A stretch of 63,915 nucleotides of DNA, counting the filler, from Bigelowiella natans CCMP2755 (Eukaryota > Protista > Cercozoa), in assembly GCA_000320545.1 (NCBI GenBank). It is 6 parts of 6 records of this genome, joined end to end, with 100 filler letters (N's around TTAATTAATTAA, not from the genome) between each part and the next. Parts side by side here need not be neighbours in the genome. Positions count along the whole stretch, not along the records: positions 1 to 14,888 come from ADNK01001351.1; positions 14,989 to 26,665 come from ADNK01003477.1; 4 more parts are not named here. The stretch is one strand, 5' to 3'. Below the pieces are notes generated by a model. That model did no database searches. It saw only the letters and a program-made list of their open reading frames with translations, and was not told the origin of the DNA. Positions 12,365-22,907 of this stretch are shown here, piece after piece. Position numbers and translations under genes: made by a program. The first letter of the stretch is position 1. Each line of letters opens with the position of its first letter.

Positions 12365-13250
12365 CTCCGTGCTGAACTTGAAACAAAGTTTCAACAACGA
12401 CTTCATCTCCTCATCGAGGTCTTCAGATGTCCAATGCATGGTCGATGACATTTTTGGGGGGGGGGAATTGCTTGAGGGATCGCCAAAGACACTTGTGCTG
12501 CTGCATGAATTTCATCTCAAAACAACTCTTTCCCTCTTTGAGCTCTGATGCGATTTGGATTGGCCCAGTCCCACATGCGGTTTCTGCCCTTCGCGGAGAA
12601 TCTCACGAACAGTCACCCCAAACATCCAAATGTCGGATTTCTGGCTGAACTGCATTTCTAGTAGGCTCTCCGGAGCACTCCAAGCCCAAGGAATCCTCAC
12701 TTTCTTGTCCATTCATTTGCTGCGCCGTGGCTTGCCGTGGCTTCCCCTCTGCGCAGCACGATGACAACAGAAAAGGAAATGAGGGGAATTGCGTGACAGT
12801 GGATGAATCACTGGCGCATTGTTGTGGGAAATGGATGCTTTGTTTTTCAAAACAGAAACATTTTCATGCCGACGTCTTCTCTGTGTCTGGGCTTCACTTG
12901 TCCAATGACCAATTCGCACAAGAACAACACAGTCGGAAGATGGTTGCAGACAAGGAGTTTCAGGTCGAATCACGATGATGATGATGATGGTGACAACCAC
13001 CTCAATGGGAGAAGCACAGCCGCAGTCTCCAAGAACCACGGTCCCACAAGCCTTCATGAACAAGTTTCGGCAAGCGACATCTCGATGAACTGGTCCAACT
13101 GCATTGTGGAGGAAATGAATGGGGGTTTTGAGGCAAGGGGCCACGGGACAGCGGGGAATCAACCCAACATTTCATGTGCATCATCTTGATCGTGAAATCG
13201 ACCAATTCCATGCATGAAAGCATCTCCCAACAGCAAAAATGGCAGCAAAA
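12365..13250 (-). pseudogene. Degenerate protein tyrosine kinase (TK-like) domain
   Basis: Fragments IHFLHNAVGPVHRDVACRNLF..VVLGDCG, IPWAWSAPESL..FSQKSDIWMFGVTVREIL..GQKPH and EEMKSLLKLCFKFS. Frames are broken and conserved residues substituted. Confidence 0.8.
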
Positions 13251-13380
13251 ACACACCCCACATGAACCTGCCGTCTTCCCAGGCTAGCAGGAGGGAAGAG
13301 CAGCCTGTGTTCCGAGAAATGGCACGCTAGCACGTGGTGAATGAGGGATTCGTTGGAACGCCATCATCATGAAAACGCAC

Positions 13381-13385
13381 AAAAA
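13381..13385 (-). terminator. Putative Pol III oligo-T terminator of the tRNA pair
   Basis: TTTTT on the minus strand about 11 nt downstream of the tRNA-Leu 3' end. Confidence 0.45.
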
Positions 13386-13396
13386 CGTCTAGAACA

Positions 13397-13480
13397 TGCG
13401 AGCTGTGGGATTTGAACCCACGAAGCATCACGCACTCCGGCTTGAACGAAGCCCAATTGACCAGGCCATGGGAAGCTCGC
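13397..13480 (-). tRNA. trnL-CAA: tRNA-Leu(CAA), type II, possibly degenerate
   Basis: Minus strand GCGAGCT TC CCA TGGCCTGGTCAAT TGG G CTTCG TT-CAA-GC CGGAG TGCGTGATGCTTC GTGGG TTCAAAT CCCAC AGCTCGC A. Perfect 7-bp acceptor stem, canonical T-arm, long variable arm, discriminator A. The D-arm is atypical. Confidence 0.8.
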
Positions 13481-13492
13481 TGACAACGTGTT

Positions 13493-13564
13493 CGCCCCCA
13501 CCCAGATTCGAACTGGGATTGACGAGTTAACAGCTCGCCGTCCTGACCATTGGACGATGGGAAC
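13493..13564 (-). tRNA. trnN-GTT: tRNA-Asn(GTT)
   Basis: Minus strand GTTCCCA TC GTCC AATGGTCA GGAC G GCGAG CT-GTT-AA CTCGT CAAT CCCAG TTCGAAT CTGGG TGGGGGC G. 72-nt cloverleaf with G73 discriminator. Confidence 0.88.
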
Positions 13565-14762
13565 CTGTCATTTGTTGCTTCTCTTGCTAAGAACATGCCT
13601 CCGGCGCACCCCCGATTGCGAAGAAAGCTTTCCGTGGAAATTGCTCGGAACTCGGAGCCACAGCGCCCAATGTCGAGCACATCCGAGCATTCCGAGAAGT
13701 TTCCGGTAAATCTCAGATGAATTGTCGGTTCTCCTGGAAAAAGGGCTCATTTTGTTAAGATGTGAGTCCGATGTTTTCTGACTATGTTATCAGCGTCGGT
13801 GGTAACTTCATCAACAATCAGAAGAGCAACTTGATGTCAAACAACAACGGGGTTCAATTCCCCTCCGATGCTTTTTTTGCCTAGAATCAGGCGATGACGG
13901 CCGTTTTTGGATTTCCTGTTCCGAATGGCCTTGTCGCCTGGGGAAAACCTAGCTTCGACAAATGGACGTTTTTCGGTGGATATGTCTCGCATGCTCGGCG
14001 CCGGGGCTCGACTCGACTCCGCGGGTTCCCATTGCTTTTTTCATGTCATCAATTTTTGGTTTATGATTAAATGGATACTTTCTACGATATTACCGGTGTA
14101 ATTATTCTCCTAAACGAACACACTGATCGTCTTGAGCCGGATTGCGAGAATTTCACGAACGGGCACGGCCCACACCGGTACACGATCCACTTCGGGCAGC
14201 ATTCGAAGAGGCCTACGGCAGGTGCAGCAGTTGCCCCCCTAAACCGGTAGGAAGGGAGTGGGGATTTAGCGGGAAGGCGGATCGTGTAGAGGAAGGAAAA
14301 TCGTGTGGAGGTGGCGGCGAGGAGCTTTTATCTAGAGAGCACGTGTCTGGAGATGGAGGGGAAAGCGCGACGGAGAGACTCTATTGCCAGCGTTGCCAGA
14401 AAGGAGTCTTCATGCTCCGAGCGTTGTTATAGGACTTCAGCTGCTGCAGTATGGATACTTGTTTCGATATACCTTTGCTGTGCAGATACGGCAGCAAGGA
14501 GTGCGACGCATAGGTCAAAGTTCCGAAGAAAAAGTGTTTTATGCATGCAAATACGTTCATAAATTTATTTTGTGTCTCACCTTTAATTGCTAACAGCGGG
14601 GGAAGGCCCTTGTCCACAGTCTTTGATGTGAACCGCCGGTGGAAAACTAACAATGGATTTCCTGAAGGGAGAATGCGTGTTTTAAGGTTAGGGCGAAGCT
14701 CTTTTTCGTAACGGCCGCGACGTTAATTTATGCTGTCTTGCTCTCCCCCCCCCCCTCAAATA

Positions 14763-14824
<62 letters not shown>

Positions 14825-14888
14825 TTCATGATGCAGTATGCGTTTGATATAAGCAAACCAACCTCGGTGTGTAGGGGCGGGGGAGAAA

Positions 14889-14988
14889 NNNNNNNNNNNN
14901 NNNNNNNNNNNNNNNNNNNNNNNNNNNNNNNNTTAATTAATTAANNNNNNNNNNNNNNNNNNNNNNNNNNNNNNNNNNNNNNNNNNNN
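14889..14988. other. Artificial contig linker (N44-TTAATTAATTAA-N44)
   Basis: Six-frame stop spacer of 100 nt, identical at five places. Confidence 0.98.
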
Positions 14989-15054
14989 CCCCCCCCTTCT
15001 TCCCTCCCTCCACCCCCCTCCCCCCCCCCCCCTTAACACAACATCGACATACAC

Positions 15055-15405
15055 CTACGTTGTGATGATAACTTGGAACTTGAAGGCTTGTGTCGGAGCA
15101 AACCCGTCGCGAGGCCGAAGACGAGGGACAGGGTTTCTCCGCCCACTCGACGCTTCTAATCCAGTCTCTTGTATCTGCATTACCGTGGTACACGACGCAG
15201 CGCATATCCGTCCATCCCTCCACCTCACGCTGCCAGTGGGCGATCGTGGAGAGAGGCACCACGACGAGGAACGGTCCAGGGATCTCTGCAACGCATAAGT
15301 CGACACGCACTCAGGGATTACTGCATAATGGCTCCAGAACGAAGAAACCAATGCCATCGCTGTTCGATGTGAAAGCACCACGAGAGAAAGGTATATATGT
15401 ACGTG

Positions 15406-15463
<58 letters not shown>

Positions 15464-16754
15464 ATATTGACGACCCATTTCGCGCTGGAGATACCGGAGG
15501 AGCGACACGGTTTGCACAGTCTTCCCCAAGCCCATTTCGTCCGCCAGAATCGAGTTCCTACGGTTATGCCAGCTATAGGCGAGCCAGTTCAAACCTTCTA
15601 ATTGGTAGTCGCGTAGCTTTCGGCCGCCCCCGAAATCGGGCGACTCGGTAAACTCGGTGAAGCTCTTCCGTCGCCCGATACGTGTCGCGACACGCGCTGC
15701 CTTGCGCGCCTTCCGTATTCTCTCGCCCTTTTCACTCACGTACGTCAGGTACTCCGCCACCTGTGTGGGAGGGGAGGGGGGTTCGGGGGTGGGGGGCATT
15801 CCGAGTAAGTCCAAACAGAATTTGTTGCAATGTGAACATAGGGGAATCAAGGAGGGTTTGTTTCAAAGTCAAATTGAACTGGTTATCCCCAATCATCGCG
15901 GTAACTTCTATGATGATTTCACTTGGAACGCGCTCCAAACACGAGGGCGTACTCGTTGGAAAATGGTGTGATTGTGCCGGCTCTCAACCGCCAGAGAGAT
16001 GGGCGAGGTGCTACCTTGCGCGGGCCATTGTTAAGTTTGGAGGCGACTTCCCACGTCATCTGATCGTAGGGGATTTTCATCCATTTCACTAAGTACTCGT
16101 AGTTCTTGATGTCGTCTTCGCTGGGGACAACAAGTCCTCCGAACTCGGTCTCTTCATGCACCTTCGCCTCGTTAGCTGAAGCACTGTTGGAAGACTCAGT
16201 GGTTTGCTCTCCTCCCTTCATATCCATCTCAGCGCTTGCACCAGCTTCATCATCCGCCTTCTTCTCATCATCTGCTGCTAGATCACTTTCAGACTTTTCC
16301 TTCGACTTAGCGCTGCCATCGGTCTTCGTCTCTGGCTGCTCTCCCCCCTGCTGCAAGGCTGGCTTCTTAGTTTCTTCGAGGTTGTCGGCCTTTCCATTTT
16401 CCTTCTCTTGGCTGTCATCATCAGCAGCAGCAGCATCGTTATCATCGTCGTAGTCGTCGTCAAAATTGGTTCTCGGCCTCCTGTCCAAAATCCGCTCAAT
16501 AACAACGTAATCAGGATCGAAATATGAGCCGTCCTCCGCCTTGCCCACTAGCCCCTGCTTCTCCTTTTTCATGAATTCAGAGAGCCTCCGCTTGCTCTGC
16601 CCAAGTCTCTGGAGAGCCTGCAGAGATTCGAAACGACAGTCCGGGTTCATGCATTATTCTCGAAGAAGAAACCACTTTAAGAATAGTATGGCTTGTGTGC
16701 GCGAATGTTGGGTAAGCATTTGTGCGTTGTGCGTTGTGCGTTGTGCGTTGTGCG

Positions 16755-16795
<41 letters not shown>

Positions 16796-18714
16796 TGTGT
16801 GTGTGCGCGCGCGCAATTGTGTTGGAGGTTCTGTGTTCTGTGTCGTTCATAAATCCATCAAGTTCCTCTCACATCGTCTTTGGAGATCCATTCAGTGTCA
16901 ATGTAAGGCCAGTCTTTCCACTTTACAAGGACCTCAATCTCGGCTGCGTCGCCTGAATAGTCAAGTGCGTAAGTGTGTGTCTTAATCAGCTATTTCCAGA
17001 AAATGCCAAATGCATTATCAAAAACCAAACTGCTATGATTAGGAAGATTTTGTTAAATCGAACTAGGTTTTTCTGGCCGAATTTCATCTTCACTTTGTTG
17101 AGTTGATCTATATCATGATGTTTGATTCCGTGTGCGTTGCGATTTCTATCGACCTTCGCCGGCTCGCCTGGTACCAAGAATCTTATCGATCTTCAATCCA
17201 TCATCTACGACTTGGTTTAAATCTTCCTCCTCCTCCTCGCTATTTTCTCCTGCATCGGAGTCGCTGCTCTCTCCCTCTCCCTGCGACTCGCTTTCCTCGC
17301 TCTCATCGTCTGAGAAATCGTCGTCGGCTTCTGTTGGCTCCTTATAGCAAACTCTTCCCTTCTTCTGTCGCGAAGCTTGGACGCGCACAGGCTGCAACTC
17401 CGACCATTTTAAACCTTTATTATTGGCCCTTGACCCTCTCCCAGTCTTTTTCCGCCTGCTTCTGCGCCTACTGCTATCGTCGCGCTGGACAAGAGGAGAG
17501 AGCCGTCTTGATTCGTTATAGTTCACTCGCTTTTGGGATCGAGAGCTTCTCCGAGCGCCTTTCGGGGACGGGAGATTCACATCGTCCACAACTTCGTCGT
17601 CTTCGGAATCGCTTTCCATATCCGCTGCTCCATCATCGTCTTTTCCACTTTTCTCGCTCTCGCCTTCGATATCTCTCCAATTGTTCTTGTCGTTGTTTCT
17701 CTTATTCGTTCGTGACAGCGATGATACATTGGGGCGCTTCTTCTTTACGCGAGAACTTCTCTTTCTGCTAGTACCTAGTGGAATATGCATATATGTAGAT
17801 ATGTGATTTGTGGAATTGTTGCGATGAATCCCAGTGAAAATATGACTGTCTATCGAAGATAATTACTACCGGCACGTCCTCCTTGGCTGAGCTTAGATTG
17901 TGGCCCGTACCGAGAAACGCCATTTTTTGCGTCGATTCCGTCATACTTGAATTTCTCAAAAAAGGAGTGCATTTGGCTGCTGGTGTTCAGATAATGGAGA
18001 CGTATCTGCCTTTTTCTTCATATTCCCTTTTCTACCTCCGACGTGATTTTCATCTGCCTCGTCTTGGACATCTTCTTCATCATACTCGATTTCATCTTCT
18101 GTGAAAAGAGAAAGAGAAGGAACTTAATTTAAGAACAAAGGAACGTTTAGAGGGTGCTGCGCGTTGTGTGTCGTCTAAGTCAACTTTACCGGAAAAGTCG
18201 CTATCTTGATTCGTTTCGCGATAGCTAATTCGAGATTTAGATCTCCCAGAACGTCTCAACCTGCCAGCTGAGATAGATTCCTCAACTTCCCCATCCTCTT
18301 CGTCTTCTTCCTCATCTTCCTCCTCATGTTCGTACTGCTCGTCGTTGTCATCATCTTCGACAAAATCTTCATCCATCATTTTGTAAGAGACTTTCTTCGT
18401 CGCTGCTCTACGCGATCTCCGGAGACAATGCTGCTTTTCGCTCTGGTCTGCAAAATCAACGCCATATTTGTTAATCTGCTGTCTACATATTCGAAAGGGA
18501 CGACGTACAAGTTTAAGAGGGGTCATTTTTCAAAAGCAGCCGGAGACCTTTGGTCGTTGCCATCAATAGTGGTTTAGAAACAAGAGAACCATTTAAAGTT
18601 CACTATGCTACCTTCGCCTTCGTTATCCCCGTCAATCTCCACTGACTCGTCCACTTTTGGTGAATCTGGCATGGCTGTCTTCTTGTCCTGGACCTCTGCC
18701 TCAACAACGTCCAT
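15055..18714 (-). CDS. CHD-family chromodomain helicase, 5' part (truncated by contig end)
   Basis: Acidic/basic N-terminus from ATG 18714 ([10 protein letters not shown]). Chromodomain pieces [18 protein letters not shown] and [21 protein letters not shown]2 motifs [54 protein letters not shown] and FKFQVIITT. Confidence 0.93.
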
Positions 18715-19727
18715 TATCCTGATTTTTCAGCACATACAAACCCAATAATTGAATGGACGAAATAACGCGGTAGTAATCAGTCGAGTAGGGGATAGGTAAC
18801 TCAAAATACCTGTTGCAAGAGCCTTCGACAATGAAAGCTCACTCCGGCTCCGGAGAGGGTTTTAGTTCTCAGACGCTTAACACAGAGATTCAGATATTCA
18901 CCCAAAGATGCTCAGAATATCACATAAAAACATAAAATTCCCTGTAAATATAAACAATTATTTGTTTCAGAGCCTGTCTCATCGCATAAAGCTACGCCAT
19001 CTTTAAACGAAAAAGCGCAGTCTTACAAATGGCAGGAATCCAAATTTCCACGAGACTACATCGAAACACAGGAAGAAATTACCTTGAGATATCAACTTAG
19101 TGTTGTCGCATGATGGCTTACGGATCAGGCATAGACTTCTCGCGCTGTTCTTTCGAATAAAATCCGACAAAACACCTTCGCGCGTGTTTGCAATCCGCTT
19201 TATTACATTTGTGGTCATAATTTTATATTTCCATGGATTTCTTCGGCAATATTCTAAGACCAATCCCTTACGAAAAACCATTCTATTTGTAGCCACATTT
19301 CAAATGGCCATATAGCAACGTTCTATTTTTTCTTGAGACGAGTGCATGAAACTGTCTACCGAAATTGCGTTACCGTTCTGGCGTTTTTGCGCAATTTATT
19401 ACCTGGTTTGCAAGGTAACTACATGTATTGATTGCACCCATTTTTCCAAGTGTGGCAACTCAAAAAAACGGCTTTTTATTTTAATTCAAGTAGATCTAAT
19501 TACGGTTATTCGGAGAATTATTTCGTAGTCTACATGAACCAAGCAAAGGTGCATAACCTCCCGTGGCATAAATCCTCGCATTTTTTTGTTTCATTGTCTG
19601 TCGCATGATCATTCGCCAACATTGCCCCTGCGTATGTCGAAAAAAACAAATATAATGGTGATGCATTTGGATGGTGTAACGACCATCATCAGCCCACGCA
19701 ATTGTCACGCAGTTGCAGACAGCTCCG

Positions 19728-22319
19728 ATGATCAAGCCATGTGCAAGTGCCTTTACATCTGCCCTTCTTCTCCTTGCATGCGCAGTCCAAGTCTCAGCGA
19801 AATTCAGTCTAAATCCTGACTTGTGCTATGATGTCGCATCCGATGTCGAGGGCTCTATGTACCCAGCAGGAGTGATGAGAGGCAATATAGACCCCTCTCC
19901 CCTTCCATATTGGCAATGGGGCATTAGGACAGCCTGGGTGGCCAAAGTCGACTCCTCGGGACAACATGTTTGGGGGAAATCACTTAATACATCGAACGGG
20001 AACGCGAAATCTCTGTTTTCTACCGTTATATATCACAACGGAATAGTTATCGCCGGCGGCTATTGTGAGGCCGGGGACAGAAATGACGAAATAGCTGTAC
20101 TTGGTGGAAGTCTAAATTGTTCATCTAAATTCTCTAGAGGTGGAGTAGTGGAAATTTTGGTTGCTTACAATGCTTCAACTGGAGAACAGAATTGGATAAT
20201 GACTCTCCCGGTTGACAATACCTTACCAAGTCAGCAAAATGAATTTGCAGTGAGAAGGCTAAGGATGATAGACACTGATAAAATACTGGTGGCCTCCGAA
20301 AACGAAGACACATATAGCAGATATATTAAGTACTCAATAATTGATACCAGCGGCAACCTCATACCTTTCTACGACACCGACGATGTTAGTCAAAGCGGCA
20401 CGATGGTCAACAATTCAGTCATTGAACTTTGCCCTCTAGTGAATTCCGTTTCCAACTGTGTTGCGCAAAGTCTCGAGGGAGTCCTCATGGACACTTACAA
20501 CAACGAAGTTTACGTTATTGCTACTTTTCCTAATGGCTCCAACACCGATTCGCTGATGGCAATGAGGATGGACTATGCTTCGAATGGATTCGAGATAAAA
20601 TGGACCTGGACCTTAAATAGTGTAGTCTCGAATGCCGGCGATGGAGTTTCTTTTCGGGACGTTGCCGTGGGCAAAGGCGGACTGTACACCACGGTCTACT
20701 CGAAAAATTTAAACATGTTCGGAAGTACCGGGACCGTAGGCCCTTATTCTAATACTAGAGCATGGGTCCTAAAGGTTAGCAGAAACGGGACATTCGAGGC
20801 CGCCATTAACCGCACAGGCTTGGACCTCGATAATACTAATGCTTACGATGTTATAGTGATTGAACCCTCAGATGAGAACTCTGACGTCTTATTTACCTTC
20901 GGACGTACTACTTTTTACACAGTAAGACTAGATAAAAACATCGACCAGCAGGTTTGGCTGGAGTCAGGTCTAGACCCCCTCTCCGAGCTCAGCAGACGTG
21001 TCACTAGCACAATGGCAAATGGCCAATATGTCGTTATGGGCCACAACTACATTGAACCACGTATTAATATCTATAACGATCAAACCCAAGTCGGTGGTAA
21101 TATAGATTTCGGCAGATGGTACTTTACGGGTAGTCCTACGACCAGATCACCTTCTCAAGCTTCTCAAGCCCCTTCAGGGGCTCCCAGCGCCGCTCCCGTG
21201 ACACTCGCACCGACTGCCACGAACCACCCAACGACAATCAGTCCCTCCATATCACCCACGACAACCGCACCCACAGGCAGTCCCTCCATATCACCCACAC
21301 TGGCGCCTTCATACTCACCAGTAACAGCTGCGCCAACAGGAACCCCTTCAACAGGCAGTCCCTCCATATCACCCACTCTGGCGCCTTCATCCACACCAAC
21401 AACAGCTTCGCCGACAGGAACCCCTTCAGCCTCACCACTAACAGATTCGCCAACAGGAACCCCTTCATCCACACCAACAACAGCTTCGCCAACAGGAACC
21501 CCTTCATCCTCACCAACATGCACTCCCAGCACTCTGTCGCCATTAACCGTCGCACCCAGTGTTTCCCCTGTCACCACCACACCAACAGCAGGGCCAACAG
21601 ACTCACCCTCCATGACACCCACAGGCTCACCCTCCACGTCACCCACACTGACGCCCACGACTCTAGCGCCCACAACAGCGTCGCCGAGCACAATATCTCC
21701 CACAATGTCGCCGAGCACAATATCTCCCACAGAGTCGCCGAGCACAATATCTCCCACAGGCATGCCGAGCATAACCCCGGGGGCGAAAGCGATGCTAAGA
21801 GGAAGATTCGTTACCGACTACGACAGTCTCATTGGCGACGCAGGCAGGTTGGCTAGCTTCAAACGAATGTTGAGAACTGCAGCTGCATATTCTGCAAGGT
21901 GCAACCCGGCTCAAGTAAACATCATTTCCATTCGTCGAGGAAGTGTGGTGGTGGAAGTCGAGGTTCCATTCAGGTCGACTGAAGTAAGGGACACATCTCT
22001 GACACTGCCTGCCTTGCAGTGCAACAGCATATTCTCGCTCCAATCAGGCTTCAACACCACCGAATTCCCACCAGATTGCAGTGCCAGTGCCTTCTCTTTT
22101 GTGGGCATTGACGAGGAGGAGGAGGAAGATGACGAAAAGTGGGTCATTCCTGTCGCCGTGGTGCTTTCTGTGATCGGCTGCTGCTGCCTTGCTGCTGCAG
22201 GGTATTTTTGCAGGAATTGTTTCAACGTGCAGAAAAATGAGGAGCAGGAACCGGTGCAGATGGCTTCGGTGGCTTCCTTGCAAATTATTTCTGGAAAGAA
22301 TACGATGAATGCAATCTGA
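19728..22319 (+). CDS. Type I membrane mucin-like protein: signal peptide, beta-rich ectodomain, P/T/S stalk, SEA-like module, TM helix
   Basis: Intronless ORF. Signal MIKPCASAFTSALLLLACAVQVSA, (S/T)PT repeats, IISIRRGSVVVEVEV, TM WVIPVAVVLSVIGCCCLAAAGYF and a short tail. Confidence 0.88.
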   Translation: MIKPCASAFTSALLLLACAVQVSAKFSLNPDLCYDVASDVEGSMYPAGVMRGNIDPSPLPYWQWGIRTAWVAKVDSSGQHVWGKSLNTSNGNAKSLFSTVIYHNGIVIAGGYCEAGDRNDEIAVLGGSLNCSSKFSRGGVVEILVAYNASTGEQNWIMTLPVDNTLPSQQNEFAVRRLRMIDTDKILVASENEDTYSRYIKYSIIDTSGNLIPFYDTDDVSQSGTMVNNSVIELCPLVNSVSNCVAQSLEGVLMDTYNNEVYVIATFPNGSNTDSLMAMRMDYASNGFEIKWTWTLNSVVSNAGDGVSFRDVAVGKGGLYTTVYSKNLNMFGSTGTVGPYSNTRAWVLKVSRNGTFEAAINRTGLDLDNTNAYDVIVIEPSDENSDVLFTFGRTTFYTVRLDKNIDQQVWLESGLDPLSELSRRVTSTMANGQYVVMGHNYIEPRINIYNDQTQVGGNIDFGRWYFTGSPTTRSPSQASQAPSGAPSAAPVTLAPTATNHPTTISPSISPTTTAPTGSPSISPTLAPSYSPVTAAPTGTPSTGSPSISPTLAPSSTPTTASPTGTPSASPLTDSPTGTPSSTPTTASPTGTPSSSPTCTPSTLSPLTVAPSVSPVTTTPTAGPTDSPSMTPTGSPSTSPTLTPTTLAPTTASPSTISPTMSPSTISPTESPSTISPTGMPSITPGAKAMLRGRFVTDYDSLIGDAGRLASFKRMLRTAAAYSARCNPAQVNIISIRRGSVVVEVEVPFRSTEVRDTSLTLPALQCNSIFSLQSGFNTTEFPPDCSASAFSFVGIDEEEEEDDEKWVIPVAVVLSVIGCCCLAAAGYFCRNCFNVQKNEEQEPVQMASVASLQIISGKNTMNAI
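21130..21780 (+). repeat. Coding minisatellite-like Pro/Thr/Ser repeats
   Basis: Recurrent ACAGGCAGTCCCTCCATATCACCCAC, ACAGCTTCGCCxACAGGAACCCCTTCA and three copies of TCGCCGAGCACAATATCTCCCACA. Confidence 0.85.
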
Positions 22320-22775
22320 GGACAACTCCGGCATCCCTCTTTGTGCCCTTGAACAGGATGACATCGTGTATTGGACACCGTGACCACATGATGCACATGT
22401 CTTTTTACTATGTCCACAATGAACATGTTTGTGATGGACAACATGACATCATACATGCAATGTGCACTTCACATCACCATGTCTACAATGTCTCTTTAGG
22501 CATGCTAGCATGTTGTCCAACACAATGCACATTTGCATTAATTGCATCTCCATTCATCCTTTGCAGCATTTTGGAAATGCAGGCCATTGATTGTCATGCA
22601 TCGTGCGCAGCTAGCGCTATGTGACAGCGTCTAGACCGTGCTGCGCGTTGCAACTGCTAGATTGCGCACATGTGCACTTTGCATATGTATTTGTACTTGG
22701 TGAAAACTGACAATAAATAAGGTTGATTTGCGTACGTTGCGGGTTGCGGATGGTTGCGCTCACATGCGCTGCATG

Positions 22776-22907
22776 ATAATAGACACAGCAACACACTATA
22801 TATATTATATATATTGTGTATTGCATGTCTATCATAACCATACTTATAATAGACACAGCAATACACTATATATATATTATGTATATTGTGTATTGCATGT
22901 CTATCAT
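22776..22907 (+). repeat. Two-copy tandem repeat, about 70 bp period
   Basis: ATAATAGACACAGCAA(C/T)ACACTATA...TTGTGTATTGCATGTCTATCAT at 22776 and 22846. Confidence 0.85.

Larger units (their letters stand above)
11130..13760. other. TpA-depleted, CA/TG-rich degenerate tract
   Basis: TA is scarce by eye and often survives as CTAG/TAG. CATG, TGCA and CACA are abundant and CpG is still common. ORFs here are His/Cys/Met-rich and nearly Tyr-free. Confidence 0.8.

Noticed and set aside
11739-12375. Many overlapping His/Cys/Met-rich ORFs (also 22343-22624 and 24157-26388)
   Set aside because: A by-product of TA depletion, which removes TAA/TAG stops and Tyr codons. No domain signal.
11130-13760. 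Classical CpG-methylation decay or fungal RIP as the cause of the CA/TG excess
   Set aside because: CpG remains common and TA is depleted rather than enriched, and Tyr->His/Cys polarity points to TA as the source. Not formally excluded without counts.
13907-14740. Possible continuation of CHD, or another gene, before the first linker
   Set aside because: No CHD motifs. It may be the 5' end of an unknown plus-strand gene, but no consistent exon chain could be built.
14933-14944. TTAATTAATTAA (PacI-like/piggyBac TTAA-like) motif repeated five times
   Set aside because: Always centred in exactly 44+44 Ns. It is an assembly spacer with stops in six frames, not biology.
21164-21772. 202-aa Val/Gly-rich antisense ORF
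   Set aside because: Mirror of the Pro/Thr/Ser repeat on the coding strand.
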